A stretch of 64,000 nucleotides of DNA from an uncultured Clostridia bacterium (GCA_964453645.1 CAYVRJ010000005.1:2808-66807), one strand, 5' to 3'; numbered from the stretch's first letter, positions 18,291 to 28,582 are shown. Made by a program: numbers and translations. Notes: generated by a model from the letters alone, not told the origin.

Positions 18291-19429
18291 GTAAATTATT
18301 AGGAAGAGCAAAGGTTACGGCCAAGGGGCTGAACATTGAACGGTTTTTAAACGAAAATATAACGAGCGGAATCCCCATGCAAGCGCTGAGCCGCCACGGA
18401 TACACCTGCATCGATTTTTCAGTGCCCATCCTCAAATACCGCAAACTCAAAAAAAATGCAGAGAAGTTTGATATCACTTTGAGTACAACCTTCTCTGGTG
18501 CACTTTCGTTTATATACGGTGCACGGCAGCGATTGATATTTGTGGGTGGACTTTTTGTGTCCCTATGCGTTATAATAGTGATGTCTGGGTTTATCTTGAC
18601 AGTGGAGATTGCTGGAAACGAAACCATCGACGAATACGCCTTGCGCAACAGTTTGCTCAAGTGCGGGGTGAACAACTTTGTTTCCAAGTCCATGCTGGAC
18701 ATGGGACAGATTAAAAACACGCTGATGTTGGAGTATCCCCAGATCGCCTATGTGGACTGCGAAGTGCACGGGGTGGTGTTTCGGTTGGAAGTGATCGAGG
18801 GCATTGCACCTCCGCACATTCCCGATACTGCCAAGCCTGCCGACATCATTGCCCTCAAAGATGCGTACATTCAATCGGTCACAGCCCGGTCGGGTAAGGC
18901 GGTAGTTGAGAAGGGGCAGACGGTGGTTGCAGGCCAAAAGCTGATCTCGGGCACTATGGGTGAGATCGGCCAGGAGCAGCGCTTATACTGCGCCCAGGGC
19001 AGCGTCATCGGAAACATTTGGTATTCGGGTCAAGCTTCTGCACCCATAACGGGTTATGTAAAGACGGGAAACAGTTTTTTATACAAGACGCTGTACTTGG
19101 GAAAAACGTCTCTGTCCCCACTGCCCGACGTACCCTATGAGAAGTATCGCTCGGTGAACAGCAGTGAGAAGGTGTATTTTGAAAATTTATTCCTGCCCCT
19201 TCGGGTGATCAACGAGAATTACTTCGAAGTGACCATTGCAACCCGCAGCGAGCGGGAGTTGACCGACGGGTTGTCCAAGATTGCCTTTCAGCGGGCTATG
19301 GAGAGTGTGCCCAAGTCTGCGGAGATTTTGGACGTGAGTTTTAATTACAACATTGACGAGAACGAGGTTGTTGCCGGGTGCCTCATCAAGACGGCTGAGG
19401 AGATCGGCACCATTCGATATATGCAATAG
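18287..19429 (+). CDS. yqfD: YqfD family sporulation protein
   Basis: One central TM segment. The position after yqfC matches the conserved block. I chose the TTG at 18287, with GGAGGA 8 nt upstream and overlapping the yqfC stop. The track's ATG at 18245 is the alternative. Confidence 0.7.
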   Translation: MSKLLGRAKVTAKGLNIERFLNENITSGIPMQALSRHGYTCIDFSVPILKYRKLKKNAEKFDITLSTTFSGALSFIYGARQRLIFVGGLFVSLCVIIVMSGFILTVEIAGNETIDEYALRNSLLKCGVNNFVSKSMLDMGQIKNTLMLEYPQIAYVDCEVHGVVFRLEVIEGIAPPHIPDTAKPADIIALKDAYIQSVTARSGKAVVEKGQTVVAGQKLISGTMGEIGQEQRLYCAQGSVIGNIWYSGQASAPITGYVKTGNSFLYKTLYLGKTSLSPLPDVPYEKYRSVNSSEKVYFENLFLPLRVINENYFEVTIATRSERELTDGLSKIAFQRAMESVPKSAEILDVSFNYNIDENEVVAGCLIKTAEEIGTIRYMQ

Positions 19430-19445
19430 TGGGAAGAAATTATTT

Positions 19446-19652
19446 TTGGGGTTCCACCCCAAACCCCGTTTTCGTGGGCGTTGCCCACACCCACAAGGGG
19501 GAATAAGTCCCCCTTGGCCCCTCCCGTAGGGGATTTTATAAATACATAACAAATGATATAAAATATTTATCTGACATAGCAAATGCGCAAGCAATTGCAC
19601 AAGGGGTGCAGGGACAAGTCCCTGCCGAGGGGTTTGGGGGCGAGCAGCCCCC
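19446..19652. repeat. mosaic hairpin-module element, locus B
   Basis: TTGGGGTTCCACCCCAA; GTGGGCGTTGCCCAC; GGGGGAATAAGTCCCCC; an AT-rich core; GGGGTGCAGGGACAAGTCCCTGCCGAGGGG; GGGGGCGAGCAGCCCCC. Confidence 0.9.
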
Positions 19653-19693
19653 AAGAAATGCTCCCCTAAGAAGAAACAAACTAAGAGGGACAA

Positions 19694-20674
19694 ATGGAAT
19701 ATAGCTATGAAATGACCATGGGCTCCAGCGAACTGTCCGCCCTGGCGGGCAACCTGGACGAAAACTTAAACTCCATTGAAATGCTCACGGGAGCACGACT
19801 GCTCGTCATGCAGGACAAGCTGGTGCTGTCGGGCAGCAGAGCCTGCGTGGAACTTGCCAAAAGTGCAATTGATATGCTGCTCAAAAAACTAAAGAACAAC
19901 GAAACCATCGACTTTGTGGATATCCGGGCAGGAGTAGACACCGTCATCTTATTAAATGGCAGCGAAACCGAACAAACCCTCATGGAAGAGGGTTTTAGCG
20001 ACGTCATCGCCATCACCGCCAAGGGCAGACGGATCAAACCCAAAACCCCCGGTCAGCGGTTCTACGTCAACGCAATCAAGGAAAATACCGTCACCCTGTG
20101 CATCGGCCCTGCGGGAACGGGTAAAACATATTTGGCCATGGCACTGGCCGTGGTTGCCTTTAAAAATAAGGAGATCGAGCGCATCGTGCTCACCCGCCCG
20201 GCTGTGGAAGCGGGAGAGAAACTTGGCTTTCTTCCCGGGGATATGCAAAACAAGGTGGACCCCTACCTGCGCCCCCTCTACGACGCACTCTACGACTTCA
20301 TGGGTGCAGATGCCTACAAGCGATTGTCCGAGCGGGGTATTGTGGAAGTGGCTCCTCTGGCATACATGCGGGGAAGAACGCTGCAAAACTCCTTTATCAT
20401 ACTGGACGAAGCCCAAAACTGTACCCCCGAGCAAATGAAAATGTTTCTAACTCGGCTGGGGGAAAACTCTAAAATCGTGGTCACCGGGGATATCACCCAA
20501 ACGGACTTACCCCCCGGCAAACCCAGTGGGCTCAAGCAGGCTATTGAACTATTAAACGATATAGAAGGGATCGGGGTGATCCGCCTGTCCTATAAGGACG
20601 TGGTGCGCCACCGGTTGGTTTCTGCCATAATTCGGGCATACGAAGGAAAGGGTGGAAGAGATGAACAAGCGTAA
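19694..20674 (+). CDS. phoH: PhoH family ATPase
   Basis: Walker A GPAGTGKT and conserved LTRPAVEAGEKLGFLPG. Confidence 0.93.
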   Translation: MEYSYEMTMGSSELSALAGNLDENLNSIEMLTGARLLVMQDKLVLSGSRACVELAKSAIDMLLKKLKNNETIDFVDIRAGVDTVILLNGSETEQTLMEEGFSDVIAITAKGRRIKPKTPGQRFYVNAIKENTVTLCIGPAGTGKTYLAMALAVVAFKNKEIERIVLTRPAVEAGEKLGFLPGDMQNKVDPYLRPLYDALYDFMGADAYKRLSERGIVEVAPLAYMRGRTLQNSFIILDEAQNCTPEQMKMFLTRLGENSKIVVTGDITQTDLPPGKPSGLKQAIELLNDIEGIGVIRLSYKDVVRHRLVSAIIRAYEGKGGRDEQA

Positions 20675-22784
20675 AGTGCGGGTGAGGAAACCCGGTGCCG
20701 TTATTGTTTTGGAATTTATACTGTGCGTTGCGGTGTGTATTGCCATTGTGCTCATATCCGTCACCCCTCCCAAATACGAGATCAGTGCGGGGGAAATTGC
20801 CCAGACCACCATTCAAGCCCCCAGAGACGTTGTGGACACCATTTCCACCCAAGCACTGGTGGACAAGACGGTTTCGGAAGTGCCCCCCATCTTTAAAGAG
20901 GACACCACCATCACCGATGCGGTGAAAGATCAGCTCAACACATATTTTAACCACATCGAATCCATTCGCTCCTACGCCCAGCGCAAATACCTGCTGGAGC
21001 GCACCCCCCAGGACGGCACCACCGTGGAGTTTACCCCTTCCACCGTCACCTGGAAAAACCATCTGACACCCGAAAACATCGATACCCTCAACTCCATGAC
21101 GGAAAACAGCTTCACAGCCGACGAGGTGTATTCCATCGCTGCCCTCACCCAGCAAAACGTGGAGCGCATGACGGCAGAGACCATCGCCCTCATGGAAAAG
21201 GAAATGAATCTGGGGGTAAAGGAAGAAAACTTAGACGAACACGTGTTTCGCTTGAGCACCCAAATATACACCAACCCGTTGTACAACGAATCCATGAAAC
21301 GCTTTGCCACCAAAGCAGCGTACCTCTTAAAACCCAACATGATCTTCGACGAAACGGCAACCCGGTTAGAGCGGGAAGAGGTGAAAAACAGCGTAGCTCC
21401 CCTCACCTTTAAAAAAGGGCAAAACATCATTCAAGAGGGGGAAATCGTCACCCGGGCACAGATCGGGGTGCTGGAAGACTTGGGTCTGGTGCGCAACGAC
21501 ACCATCGACTATATTTTATATTTAGGAGTGGGGCTGTATCTGCTGCTCATATTCGGCATGTGTTTTGCCTACTTCTTTGTGTTTGAACGAAAGCTCATCT
21601 ACGACATCAAGAAGATGACGATTTTGTATTTAATCGTCACCAGCACCGTTGCCCTGTGCTTTCTCTTATCGAAATTTTCACCCATGGTCACCGCCGTGTT
21701 CATGGGTTCCATCTTAATTGGTGCACTGATCAAACCCCGCATGGGTATTATGATCACCATCCTGCTCTCCTTTGTCACCGCACCCATTGCGGCCTCCAAC
21801 GAGGGCATTCTCTCGGTCACAGGGTTTTTATACTTAAACTACACCCTGCTGGGGGGCATGTGCGCCATCTACTTCATTCGCCGCACCCAGCACCGCATCT
21901 CCTTTATTATTGCGGGCACGGCAGCCGGGTTTACCGGGGCACTGTCCTGTGTGGCCTTTGGTTTGGTCATCGGCACACCCACCCAAGACACCATCAACTT
22001 GGCCCTCACCTCCCTGCTGTGCGGCATCGTGGGCAGTTTTGTCACCCTGGGTATTTTACCCGTCTTTGAATCCATGTTTAAGTTGGCAACCCCCACCAAA
22101 TTGTTGGAACTGCTCAACCCCAACCAAAAGCTGCTCCGGCGGCTGTCCATCGAAGCTCCCGCCACCTACCACCACTCCACCGTGTGTGCCAATCTGGCGG
22201 AAAGTGCGGCAGAAGCCATCGGCGCCAACGGACTGCTGGCCAGATGTGCAGGGTATTATCACGACATCGGCAAGTTAAAAAACCCCCAGATGTTCACCGA
22301 GAACCAGCGGGGGGAAAACCCCCACGACACCCTTGCCCCCGAAAATTCCTGCGAGATCATCCGGGGCCACGTGACCCACGGGGTGTATTTGGCACAAAAG
22401 TACGGCTTACCAAAGGAAGTGATCGGGTTGATCGAACAGCACCACGGCAACACGGCTATGGCAGTGTTTTATGCCAAGGCAAAGGCCGAAAACCCCCACG
22501 TTTCCATGGACGACTTCCGCTATGGCAACAAGAAACCCCAAACCAAGGAAGCAGCCATCATCCTCTTGTCCGACGTAACCGAAGCGGCAGTGAAAAGCAT
22601 TGGGTTACACGAGCGGGATAAGATTATGGAATTGATGGACAGACTCTTTGCAGAGCGGTGCAACGACGGCCAGTTCGACGAGTGTGACATCTCCCTCAAA
22701 GACTTGCAGCTCATCAAACAGGCGTTCTTGGGGGTGTATGAAGGTGTGTTCCACGAGCGGGTCAAGTACCCCACGGGGGATTGA
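20661..22784 (+). CDS. pgpH: 7TM-HD membrane phosphohydrolase (PgpH/YqfF family)
   Basis: N-terminal extracellular domain, 7 TM segments, HD domain with YYHDIGK and EQHHG. Confidence 0.88.
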   Translation: MNKRKVRVRKPGAVIVLEFILCVAVCIAIVLISVTPPKYEISAGEIAQTTIQAPRDVVDTISTQALVDKTVSEVPPIFKEDTTITDAVKDQLNTYFNHIESIRSYAQRKYLLERTPQDGTTVEFTPSTVTWKNHLTPENIDTLNSMTENSFTADEVYSIAALTQQNVERMTAETIALMEKEMNLGVKEENLDEHVFRLSTQIYTNPLYNESMKRFATKAAYLLKPNMIFDETATRLEREEVKNSVAPLTFKKGQNIIQEGEIVTRAQIGVLEDLGLVRNDTIDYILYLGVGLYLLLIFGMCFAYFFVFERKLIYDIKKMTILYLIVTSTVALCFLLSKFSPMVTAVFMGSILIGALIKPRMGIMITILLSFVTAPIAASNEGILSVTGFLYLNYTLLGGMCAIYFIRRTQHRISFIIAGTAAGFTGALSCVAFGLVIGTPTQDTINLALTSLLCGIVGSFVTLGILPVFESMFKLATPTKLLELLNPNQKLLRRLSIEAPATYHHSTVCANLAESAAEAIGANGLLARCAGYYHDIGKLKNPQMFTENQRGENPHDTLAPENSCEIIRGHVTHGVYLAQKYGLPKEVIGLIEQHHGNTAMAVFYAKAKAENPHVSMDDFRYGNKKPQTKEAAIILLSDVTEAAVKSIGLHERDKIMELMDRLFAERCNDGQFDECDISLKDLQLIKQAFLGVYEGVFHERVKYPTGD

Positions 22785-23197
22785 TGAAACTTTCCTTCAC
22801 CTTTGAAATTCCGGCATATAAGGACTACCTACCCATGCTGAAAAGAGCTGCAAAAGTGGCGCTCAAACACCTGAATAAAACCCACTGTTCCGTTTCCGTC
22901 TATCTGTGCGGCGACGGGGAGATTCAGCGGCTCAACAGGGAGTTTCGTTGCAAAGATATGCCCACCGACGTGCTCTCCTTTGAGAGCGGAGAAGATGTTT
23001 TTTTGGGGGATATCGCCATTTCTGTGGAAAAAGCAATATCCCAAGCCGAGGAATACGGACACTCCATACAGCGGGAGATGTGCTTTTTGCTCATTCACGG
23101 CATTTTGCACCTGTCGGGCTTTGATCACATAGAACCAACGGATGAAGCTGCCATGCGCACAACTTCCCGGGAAATATTTTGTAAACTAGAGGTTTGA
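22781..23197 (+). CDS. ybeY: rRNA maturation endoribonuclease YbeY
   Basis: Zinc motif HGILHLSGFDH. The ATGA overlaps the pgpH stop. Confidence 0.92.
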   Translation: MMKLSFTFEIPAYKDYLPMLKRAAKVALKHLNKTHCSVSVYLCGDGEIQRLNREFRCKDMPTDVLSFESGEDVFLGDIAISVEKAISQAEEYGHSIQREMCFLLIHGILHLSGFDHIEPTDEAAMRTTSREIFCKLEV

Positions 23198-23201
23198 ACA
23201 C

Positions 23202-23912
23202 TTGAAAAAACTCTTGTCCAGTGTTAACTTTGCTCTGTCGGGCATTGTTCACTCCTTTAAGACCCAGCGTAATATGAAGATTATTTTCGTCATTGCCATT
23301 TTAACCATCTTAGCGTCTGTGGTCACCTATGTCACAAGGTTCGAACTCATTGCCATCGTCATTTCCATCTCTTTGGTGTTTTTTGCGGAAATGATGAATA
23401 CCGCCATTGAAGCGGTGGTGGATATGATTACCAATAAGTTTCACGACTTGGCGCGCATCGCCAAAAACGTGTCGGCAGGTGCATCCCTCATCGTCTGCTT
23501 AAACGCACTCATCGTGGGATATCTGGTGTTCTATCGCAAGCTGGATAAACTCAGTTTGTTTTCGGTGGATTATTTAATCAACCTGCCCGCACACATCACC
23601 TTTGTCAGTTTGTTTTTGGTGGGATTAGCCGTTGTGATGATTAAGGCCGCAACCATTAAGAAGCGGGGAACGTATGTGCAGGGGGGCATGCCCTCGGGGC
23701 ATACGGCTATGGCCTTTGCATTGTTTACATCCATTGCACTCTTTTCTAAAGACCCGATTACCACCACATTTTCCTTTATTTTGGCGCTCATCGTGGCCGA
23801 GAGCCGCATCGAAGCCAAGATTCACACCATCACCGAAGTGGTGGTTGGCGGATTTGTTGGAATGTTAATCACAGTTTTGATGTATTATTTAACAAGTCTA
23901 CTTATTTTTTAG
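23202..23912 (+). CDS. diacylglycerol/undecaprenol kinase (DgkA) fused to a PAP2-type phosphatase domain
   Basis: N-terminal half has the DgkA motif FFAEMMNTAIEAVVD. C-terminal half has PAP2 motifs PSGHT and SRIEAKIHTITEV. TTG start. Confidence 0.8.
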   Translation: MKKLLSSVNFALSGIVHSFKTQRNMKIIFVIAILTILASVVTYVTRFELIAIVISISLVFFAEMMNTAIEAVVDMITNKFHDLARIAKNVSAGASLIVCLNALIVGYLVFYRKLDKLSLFSVDYLINLPAHITFVSLFLVGLAVVMIKAATIKKRGTYVQGGMPSGHTAMAFALFTSIALFSKDPITTTFSFILALIVAESRIEAKIHTITEVVVGGFVGMLITVLMYYLTSLLIF

Positions 23913-23922
23913 GAGGTACCTT

Positions 23923-24813
23923 TTGGAATTCAGATCGGGATTTGTCGCAATTGTGGGCAGCCCCAACGTGGGTAAATCCACCATCATCAATCAAATGGTG
24001 GGGGAAAAGGTTTCCATTGTCTCACCCAAACCCCAGACCACCCGTTCCTGTGTGCGGGGCATTTATACAGGTAAAGACTTTCAAATGATTCTGCTGGACA
24101 CCCCCGGTCTCATTCAGGCCAAAAATATGCTCAACCACTCCATGATGAAACAGGCCAACGAGGGGTTAAAGAGTGCCGATGCCGTTGTGTTCGTGTTGGA
24201 CGGGGTGGTGGGCCTTAAAGTGCGGGACAAAGAAAATTTAAAAAAACTCATGTTAAAGCAAAACTGTCCCCTGTTTCTGGTGATCAACAAGATCGACATT
24301 GCGGGAGCCGGTATGATCGATTCCACCATCGAGCTAATTCGGGAAGAGGGATTTTCGGGTAAAATCTTCACCGTGTGCGCCATTAACAACGTTGGGCTGG
24401 TGGATCTGTTTGCAGCCCTTAGAAAATCACTGCCCGTAGGCCCCAAGTATTACCCCGAAGATATGTACACCGATTCCCCCGAACGGTTTATTGCCGGGGA
24501 GATTGTGCGGGAAAAGGCACTGCTCAACTTGAGCGAAGAAGTGCCCCACGGCGTGGGTGTGGAAATTGAAAAGTGCACCCAGCGAGGGGATCGGGAGTTG
24601 ATGGATATCCACGCTGCCATCTACTGCGAGCGCAAGAGCCACAAGGGGATTATCATCGGCAACCGAGGATCTATGTTGAAAAAAATCGGCAGCGATGCCC
24701 GGGAGGACTTGGAGTTACTCTTTGGCATGAAGGTGTATTTGGAGCTGTTTGTAAAAGTGCGGGAGGACTGGCGCAACTCCGCTTCGGTTTTAAAAACCTT
24801 GGGTTATGAATAG
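23923..24813 (+). CDS. era: GTPase Era
   Basis: G1 GSPNVGKST, G3 DTPG, G4 NKID, C-terminal KH domain. TTG start after AGGAGG. Confidence 0.95.
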   Translation: MEFRSGFVAIVGSPNVGKSTIINQMVGEKVSIVSPKPQTTRSCVRGIYTGKDFQMILLDTPGLIQAKNMLNHSMMKQANEGLKSADAVVFVLDGVVGLKVRDKENLKKLMLKQNCPLFLVINKIDIAGAGMIDSTIELIREEGFSGKIFTVCAINNVGLVDLFAALRKSLPVGPKYYPEDMYTDSPERFIAGEIVREKALLNLSEEVPHGVGVEIEKCTQRGDRELMDIHAAIYCERKSHKGIIIGNRGSMLKKIGSDAREDLELLFGMKVYLELFVKVREDWRNSASVLKTLGYE

Positions 24814-25522
24814 GGAGGAGACCACCCTGTGTCTGGTGCTGCGCACAGCCGAATATAAAGATGCGGATAAGATGCTCACTTTGTTTTCCAAGGACATGGG
24901 TAAAGTTTCGGCATTAGCCCGGGGGGCAAAGAAGGGCAAGTTAAAAAACGTTGCCCAGATTCTCTTTTGCGGGGAGTTTGCCCTGTCGTTTAAAAATGGA
25001 AAGTGTTATGTCTCCCAAGCGGAATCCAAGATGAGTTACTTTTCCATTACCAAAGACTTCGATCGCTTTGCTGCTGCCAGCGCCATGCTGGAGGCAACGG
25101 AGCTTTTTTTAACCTTTGAGCCTGCACCCAAGCTGTTTGCCCTGCTCACCCACTGTTTACTTCGCCTAAAGAACGGGGAAGACGGGGTGGCCACCCTCAC
25201 CTATTTTTTCATTAAACTCATGTGCCTCGAGGGGTTTGAGCCACAAGTGGAAACCTGTGTTTCCTGCGGCAGTCAGGATATCCTCTTCTTTTCCGCCGAG
25301 CTTGGGGGTGCCCTGTGTATAGACTGTGCCAACAACCCCGACGGCAAGCTCACCCCCGAAGTGATCCAAATTTTTAAGACAGCCAAGCTCTTCCCCCCAG
25401 GCAAATACGACTTCTCGGGTTTTTCAAACGAGTCCATCAAACGAGCTGTGAACTTTGCCTTGCATTTTGTTGAAGTGCAGGCAGAGAGATGTTTAAAAAG
25501 TGCACGAATTCTCATTTCGTGA
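24806..25522 (+). CDS. recO: DNA repair protein RecO
   Basis: OB-fold N-terminus and zinc knuckles CVSCG...CIDC. Its position after era is conserved. Confidence 0.88.
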   Translation: MNREETTLCLVLRTAEYKDADKMLTLFSKDMGKVSALARGAKKGKLKNVAQILFCGEFALSFKNGKCYVSQAESKMSYFSITKDFDRFAAASAMLEATELFLTFEPAPKLFALLTHCLLRLKNGEDGVATLTYFFIKLMCLEGFEPQVETCVSCGSQDILFFSAELGGALCIDCANNPDGKLTPEVIQIFKTAKLFPPGKYDFSGFSNESIKRAVNFALHFVEVQAERCLKSARILIS

Positions 25523-25665
25523 TAAAAACAAACATTACGCCATAAACTTTGATAATTTTTTTCGTTTTTTTTAAAAAAACCGTTGTATATTGGAATCAAC
25601 TAATATATAATATTTCTACACAAAAAGAGTTTGAATAATTGGCGTTTGGTACGCAGGAGGACAAA

Positions 25666-28296
25666 ATGAGTAAAAAATACGTGTATTTGTTTAGCGAGGG
25701 TAATGCGGAAATGAAGGACTTGCTGGGGGGCAAAGGTGCCAACCTGGCAGAAATGACGGGGTTAGGTTTGCCCGTACCCCAGGGATTCACTGTTACCACC
25801 GAAGCGTGTATCAAGTATTACGACGACGGCAAGGTGATCTCCGAAGAAGTGCAGAACCAAATCTATGATGCACTGGCAAAGTCCGAAGAGATCAACGGAA
25901 AGAAGTTCGGCGATGTGAACAACCCATTCTTAGTATCTGTACGCTCGGGAGCGAGGGCATCTATGCCGGGCATGATGGATACTATTTTAAATTTGGGCTT
26001 AAACGACACGACAGTGGAGGGGCTTGCAAAGCTCACCAACAACCCTCGGTTTGCTTATGACAGTTACAGAAGATTTATTCAAATGTTTGCAGACGTGGTT
26101 ATGGACGTGCCCAAGCCATTGTTTGAACACATTTTAGAGACAGCTAAGGAAAAGAAGGGCGTGAAGTTGGACACCGATCTCACCGCCGACGATTTAAAAG
26201 ACATCGTCACAAAGTTTCTTGCCTTATATAAAAAGGAAAAGGGTGCGGAGTTCCCCCAAGACCCAAAAGAGCAGCTCATCGAATCGGTGAAGGCTGTATT
26301 CCGCTCTTGGGACAACCCCAGAGCCATCGTGTATCGCAGGTTAAACGACATCCCCGGCGATTGGGGCACTGCCGTAAACGTGCAAGCCATGGTGTTTGGC
26401 AATATGGGAGACGATTCGGGCACAGGCGTTGCCTTCACCCGCAACCCCTCCACCGGCGAAAACAAGCTGTACGGCGAATTCTTAATGAACGCACAGGGCG
26501 AGGACGTTGTTGCGGGCATTCGCACACCCCAGCCCATCACCCAGCTTCAAAATTCCAATGCCGATGTATACAACCAGTTTGTTGAAATTGCAAAGAAACT
26601 GGAAAACCACTACAGAGATATGCAGGACATGGAGTTTACCATCGAGCGTGGAAAGCTCTTTATGTTGCAAACTAGGAACGGAAAGCGCACAGCCGCTGCT
26701 GCTCTGAAAATTGCGGTAGATTTGGTTTCGGAAGGAAAACTCACCAAGGAAGAGGCACTGCTCAAGGTGGATCCCAAGCAGTTGGACGCACTGCTCCACC
26801 CCCAATTTGACCCAGCATCCCTGAAAGCTGCAAAATCCATTGCCAAGGGTTTACCCGCATCTCCCGGTGCGGCCTGCGGTAAGTTATATTTCACTGCCGA
26901 GGATTGTCAGGCTTCCGTGGCACGGGGCGAGACGTGTATCTTAGCCCGTCAAGAGACTTCCCCCGAGGACATCGAGGGTATGGTTGCCGCTGAGGGTATT
27001 TTAACCTCCCGTGGCGGTATGACTTCCCACGCTGCCGTTGTTGCCCGGGGAATGGGCACTTGCTGTGTTGCCGGTTGCGATGAAATCGTGATCCGGGAAT
27101 TGGACAAGACTTTAACCACCAAAGACGGATCCGTGTATAAAGAAGGGGATTACTTCTCCCTGGACGGCACCACCGGTTTGGTTTATGGCTGTGAAATTAA
27201 AACCATCCCCGCAGAAATGACGGGTGATTTCGGCATCATCATGGGATGGGCGGATCAAGTGCGCAAATTAAAAGTGCGTACCAACGCAGACACCCCAAGA
27301 GATGCCCAACAGGCAATTGCCTTTGGTGCTGAGGGTATTGGCCTGTGCAGAACCGAACATATGTTCTTTGAAGAGGATCGCATTGCGGCTATGCGGGAGA
27401 TGATCATCTCCAAAACCGAGGAACAGCGCAGGCGTGCACTGTCCAAGCTGCTGCCCATTCAAAAGAACGACTTTAAAGAGATTTATAAGGCTATGGGCGA
27501 ACTGCCCGTTACCATCCGCTTCTTAGACCCACCCCTCCACGAATTCCTGCCCACCGATGAAAAGGACATTCGCACACTAGCGGCAGAGATGGCCATCCCC
27601 TACGACGAGCTGACTGCAACCATCGACAGCTTACACGAGATGAACCCCATGCTTGGGCACAGAGGGTGCCGCTTGGCGGTGACATATCCTGAAATTGCCG
27701 AGATGCAGACCAGAGCGGTGATTGAAGCGGCTATTGAAGTGCGCAAGGAGACTAAGTTAAACATTCACCCCGAGATTATGATTCCGCTGGTGGGTGAGGA
27801 CAAAGAGTTCCGCTTGGTGAAGGAGATTGTGGACAAAACCGCCAAGAGTGTTATGGCCGAAAAGGGCGTTGACATTGAATATAAAGTGGGAACCATGATT
27901 GAGATTCCCCGTGCGGCGGTGACTGCCGATGAAATTGCGGTGGATGCACAGTTCTTCTCCTTTGGCACCAACGACTTAACCCAGATGACCTTTGGGTTTA
28001 GCCGAGACGATGCCGGAAAGTTCTTGGATCACTATTATGCGAGAAAGATTTACGAGTCTGATCCCTTTGCGAAGTTGGATCAAAAGGGCGTAGGTAAGTT
28101 TATTGAAATTGCTGTGAAGCTGGGTAAGCAGACTCGGCCGGACATCAAGCTTGGCATTTGCGGCGAGCATGGCGGAGAGCCTTCTTCCGTGATATTCTGC
28201 CACAACTTGGGCATTGATTACGTTTCCTGTTCACCTTTCCGTGTGCCCATTGCACGCTTGGCAGCTGCTCACGCTGCAATTCTTGAAAAGAAATAG
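25666..28296 (+). CDS. ppdK: pyruvate, phosphate dikinase
   Basis: Phosphohistidine loop GGMTSHAAVVARG and C-terminal PEP-utilizer barrel (GICGEHGG). ATG at 25666 follows AGGAGG. Confidence 0.96.
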   Translation: MSKKYVYLFSEGNAEMKDLLGGKGANLAEMTGLGLPVPQGFTVTTEACIKYYDDGKVISEEVQNQIYDALAKSEEINGKKFGDVNNPFLVSVRSGARASMPGMMDTILNLGLNDTTVEGLAKLTNNPRFAYDSYRRFIQMFADVVMDVPKPLFEHILETAKEKKGVKLDTDLTADDLKDIVTKFLALYKKEKGAEFPQDPKEQLIESVKAVFRSWDNPRAIVYRRLNDIPGDWGTAVNVQAMVFGNMGDDSGTGVAFTRNPSTGENKLYGEFLMNAQGEDVVAGIRTPQPITQLQNSNADVYNQFVEIAKKLENHYRDMQDMEFTIERGKLFMLQTRNGKRTAAAALKIAVDLVSEGKLTKEEALLKVDPKQLDALLHPQFDPASLKAAKSIAKGLPASPGAACGKLYFTAEDCQASVARGETCILARQETSPEDIEGMVAAEGILTSRGGMTSHAAVVARGMGTCCVAGCDEIVIRELDKTLTTKDGSVYKEGDYFSLDGTTGLVYGCEIKTIPAEMTGDFGIIMGWADQVRKLKVRTNADTPRDAQQAIAFGAEGIGLCRTEHMFFEEDRIAAMREMIISKTEEQRRRALSKLLPIQKNDFKEIYKAMGELPVTIRFLDPPLHEFLPTDEKDIRTLAAEMAIPYDELTATIDSLHEMNPMLGHRGCRLAVTYPEIAEMQTRAVIEAAIEVRKETKLNIHPEIMIPLVGEDKEFRLVKEIVDKTAKSVMAEKGVDIEYKVGTMIEIPRAAVTADEIAVDAQFFSFGTNDLTQMTFGFSRDDAGKFLDHYYARKIYESDPFAKLDQKGVGKFIEIAVKLGKQTRPDIKLGICGEHGGEPSSVIFCHNLGIDYVSCSPFRVPIARLAAAHAAILEKK

Positions 28297-28308
28297 GGGA
28301 TTGCTTTC

Positions 28309-28513
28309 TTGGGGCGCTGCCCCAAACCCCGTTTAGGAGACTTTTTGTAAAAAGTCCCCTAAAAACCCCAAAAACTTTTTTAACGCAAAGCTATCACTTT
28401 GCTAAGGTGTTTATAATATATAATACGCCCTAGCAAAAGCGATAGCTTTTGTCTTGAGGGGTGCAGGGACCCAGTCCCTGCCTCGGGGGTCAAAGGGGGA
28501 CGAGTAGTCCCCC
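28309..28513. repeat. mosaic hairpin-module element, locus C
   Basis: TTGGGGCGCTGCCCCAA; an M4 variant; two M5 copies flanking an AT-rich core; GGGGTGCAGGGACCCAGTCCCTGCCTCGGGGG; GGGGGACGAGTAGTCCCCC. Confidence 0.9.
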
Positions 28514-28546
28514 TTTTCCGTGTAGCATGAGTCCACAAAATAAAAT

Positions 28547-28582
28547 ATAAAAAAACCTTCTTTAAATTTATCAAAGAAGGTT
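28547..28582 (-). terminator. rpsU intrinsic terminator
   Basis: Minus strand: AACCTTCTTT-gataaattt-AAAGAAGGTT followed by TTTTTTTATATTTT. Confidence 0.7.
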
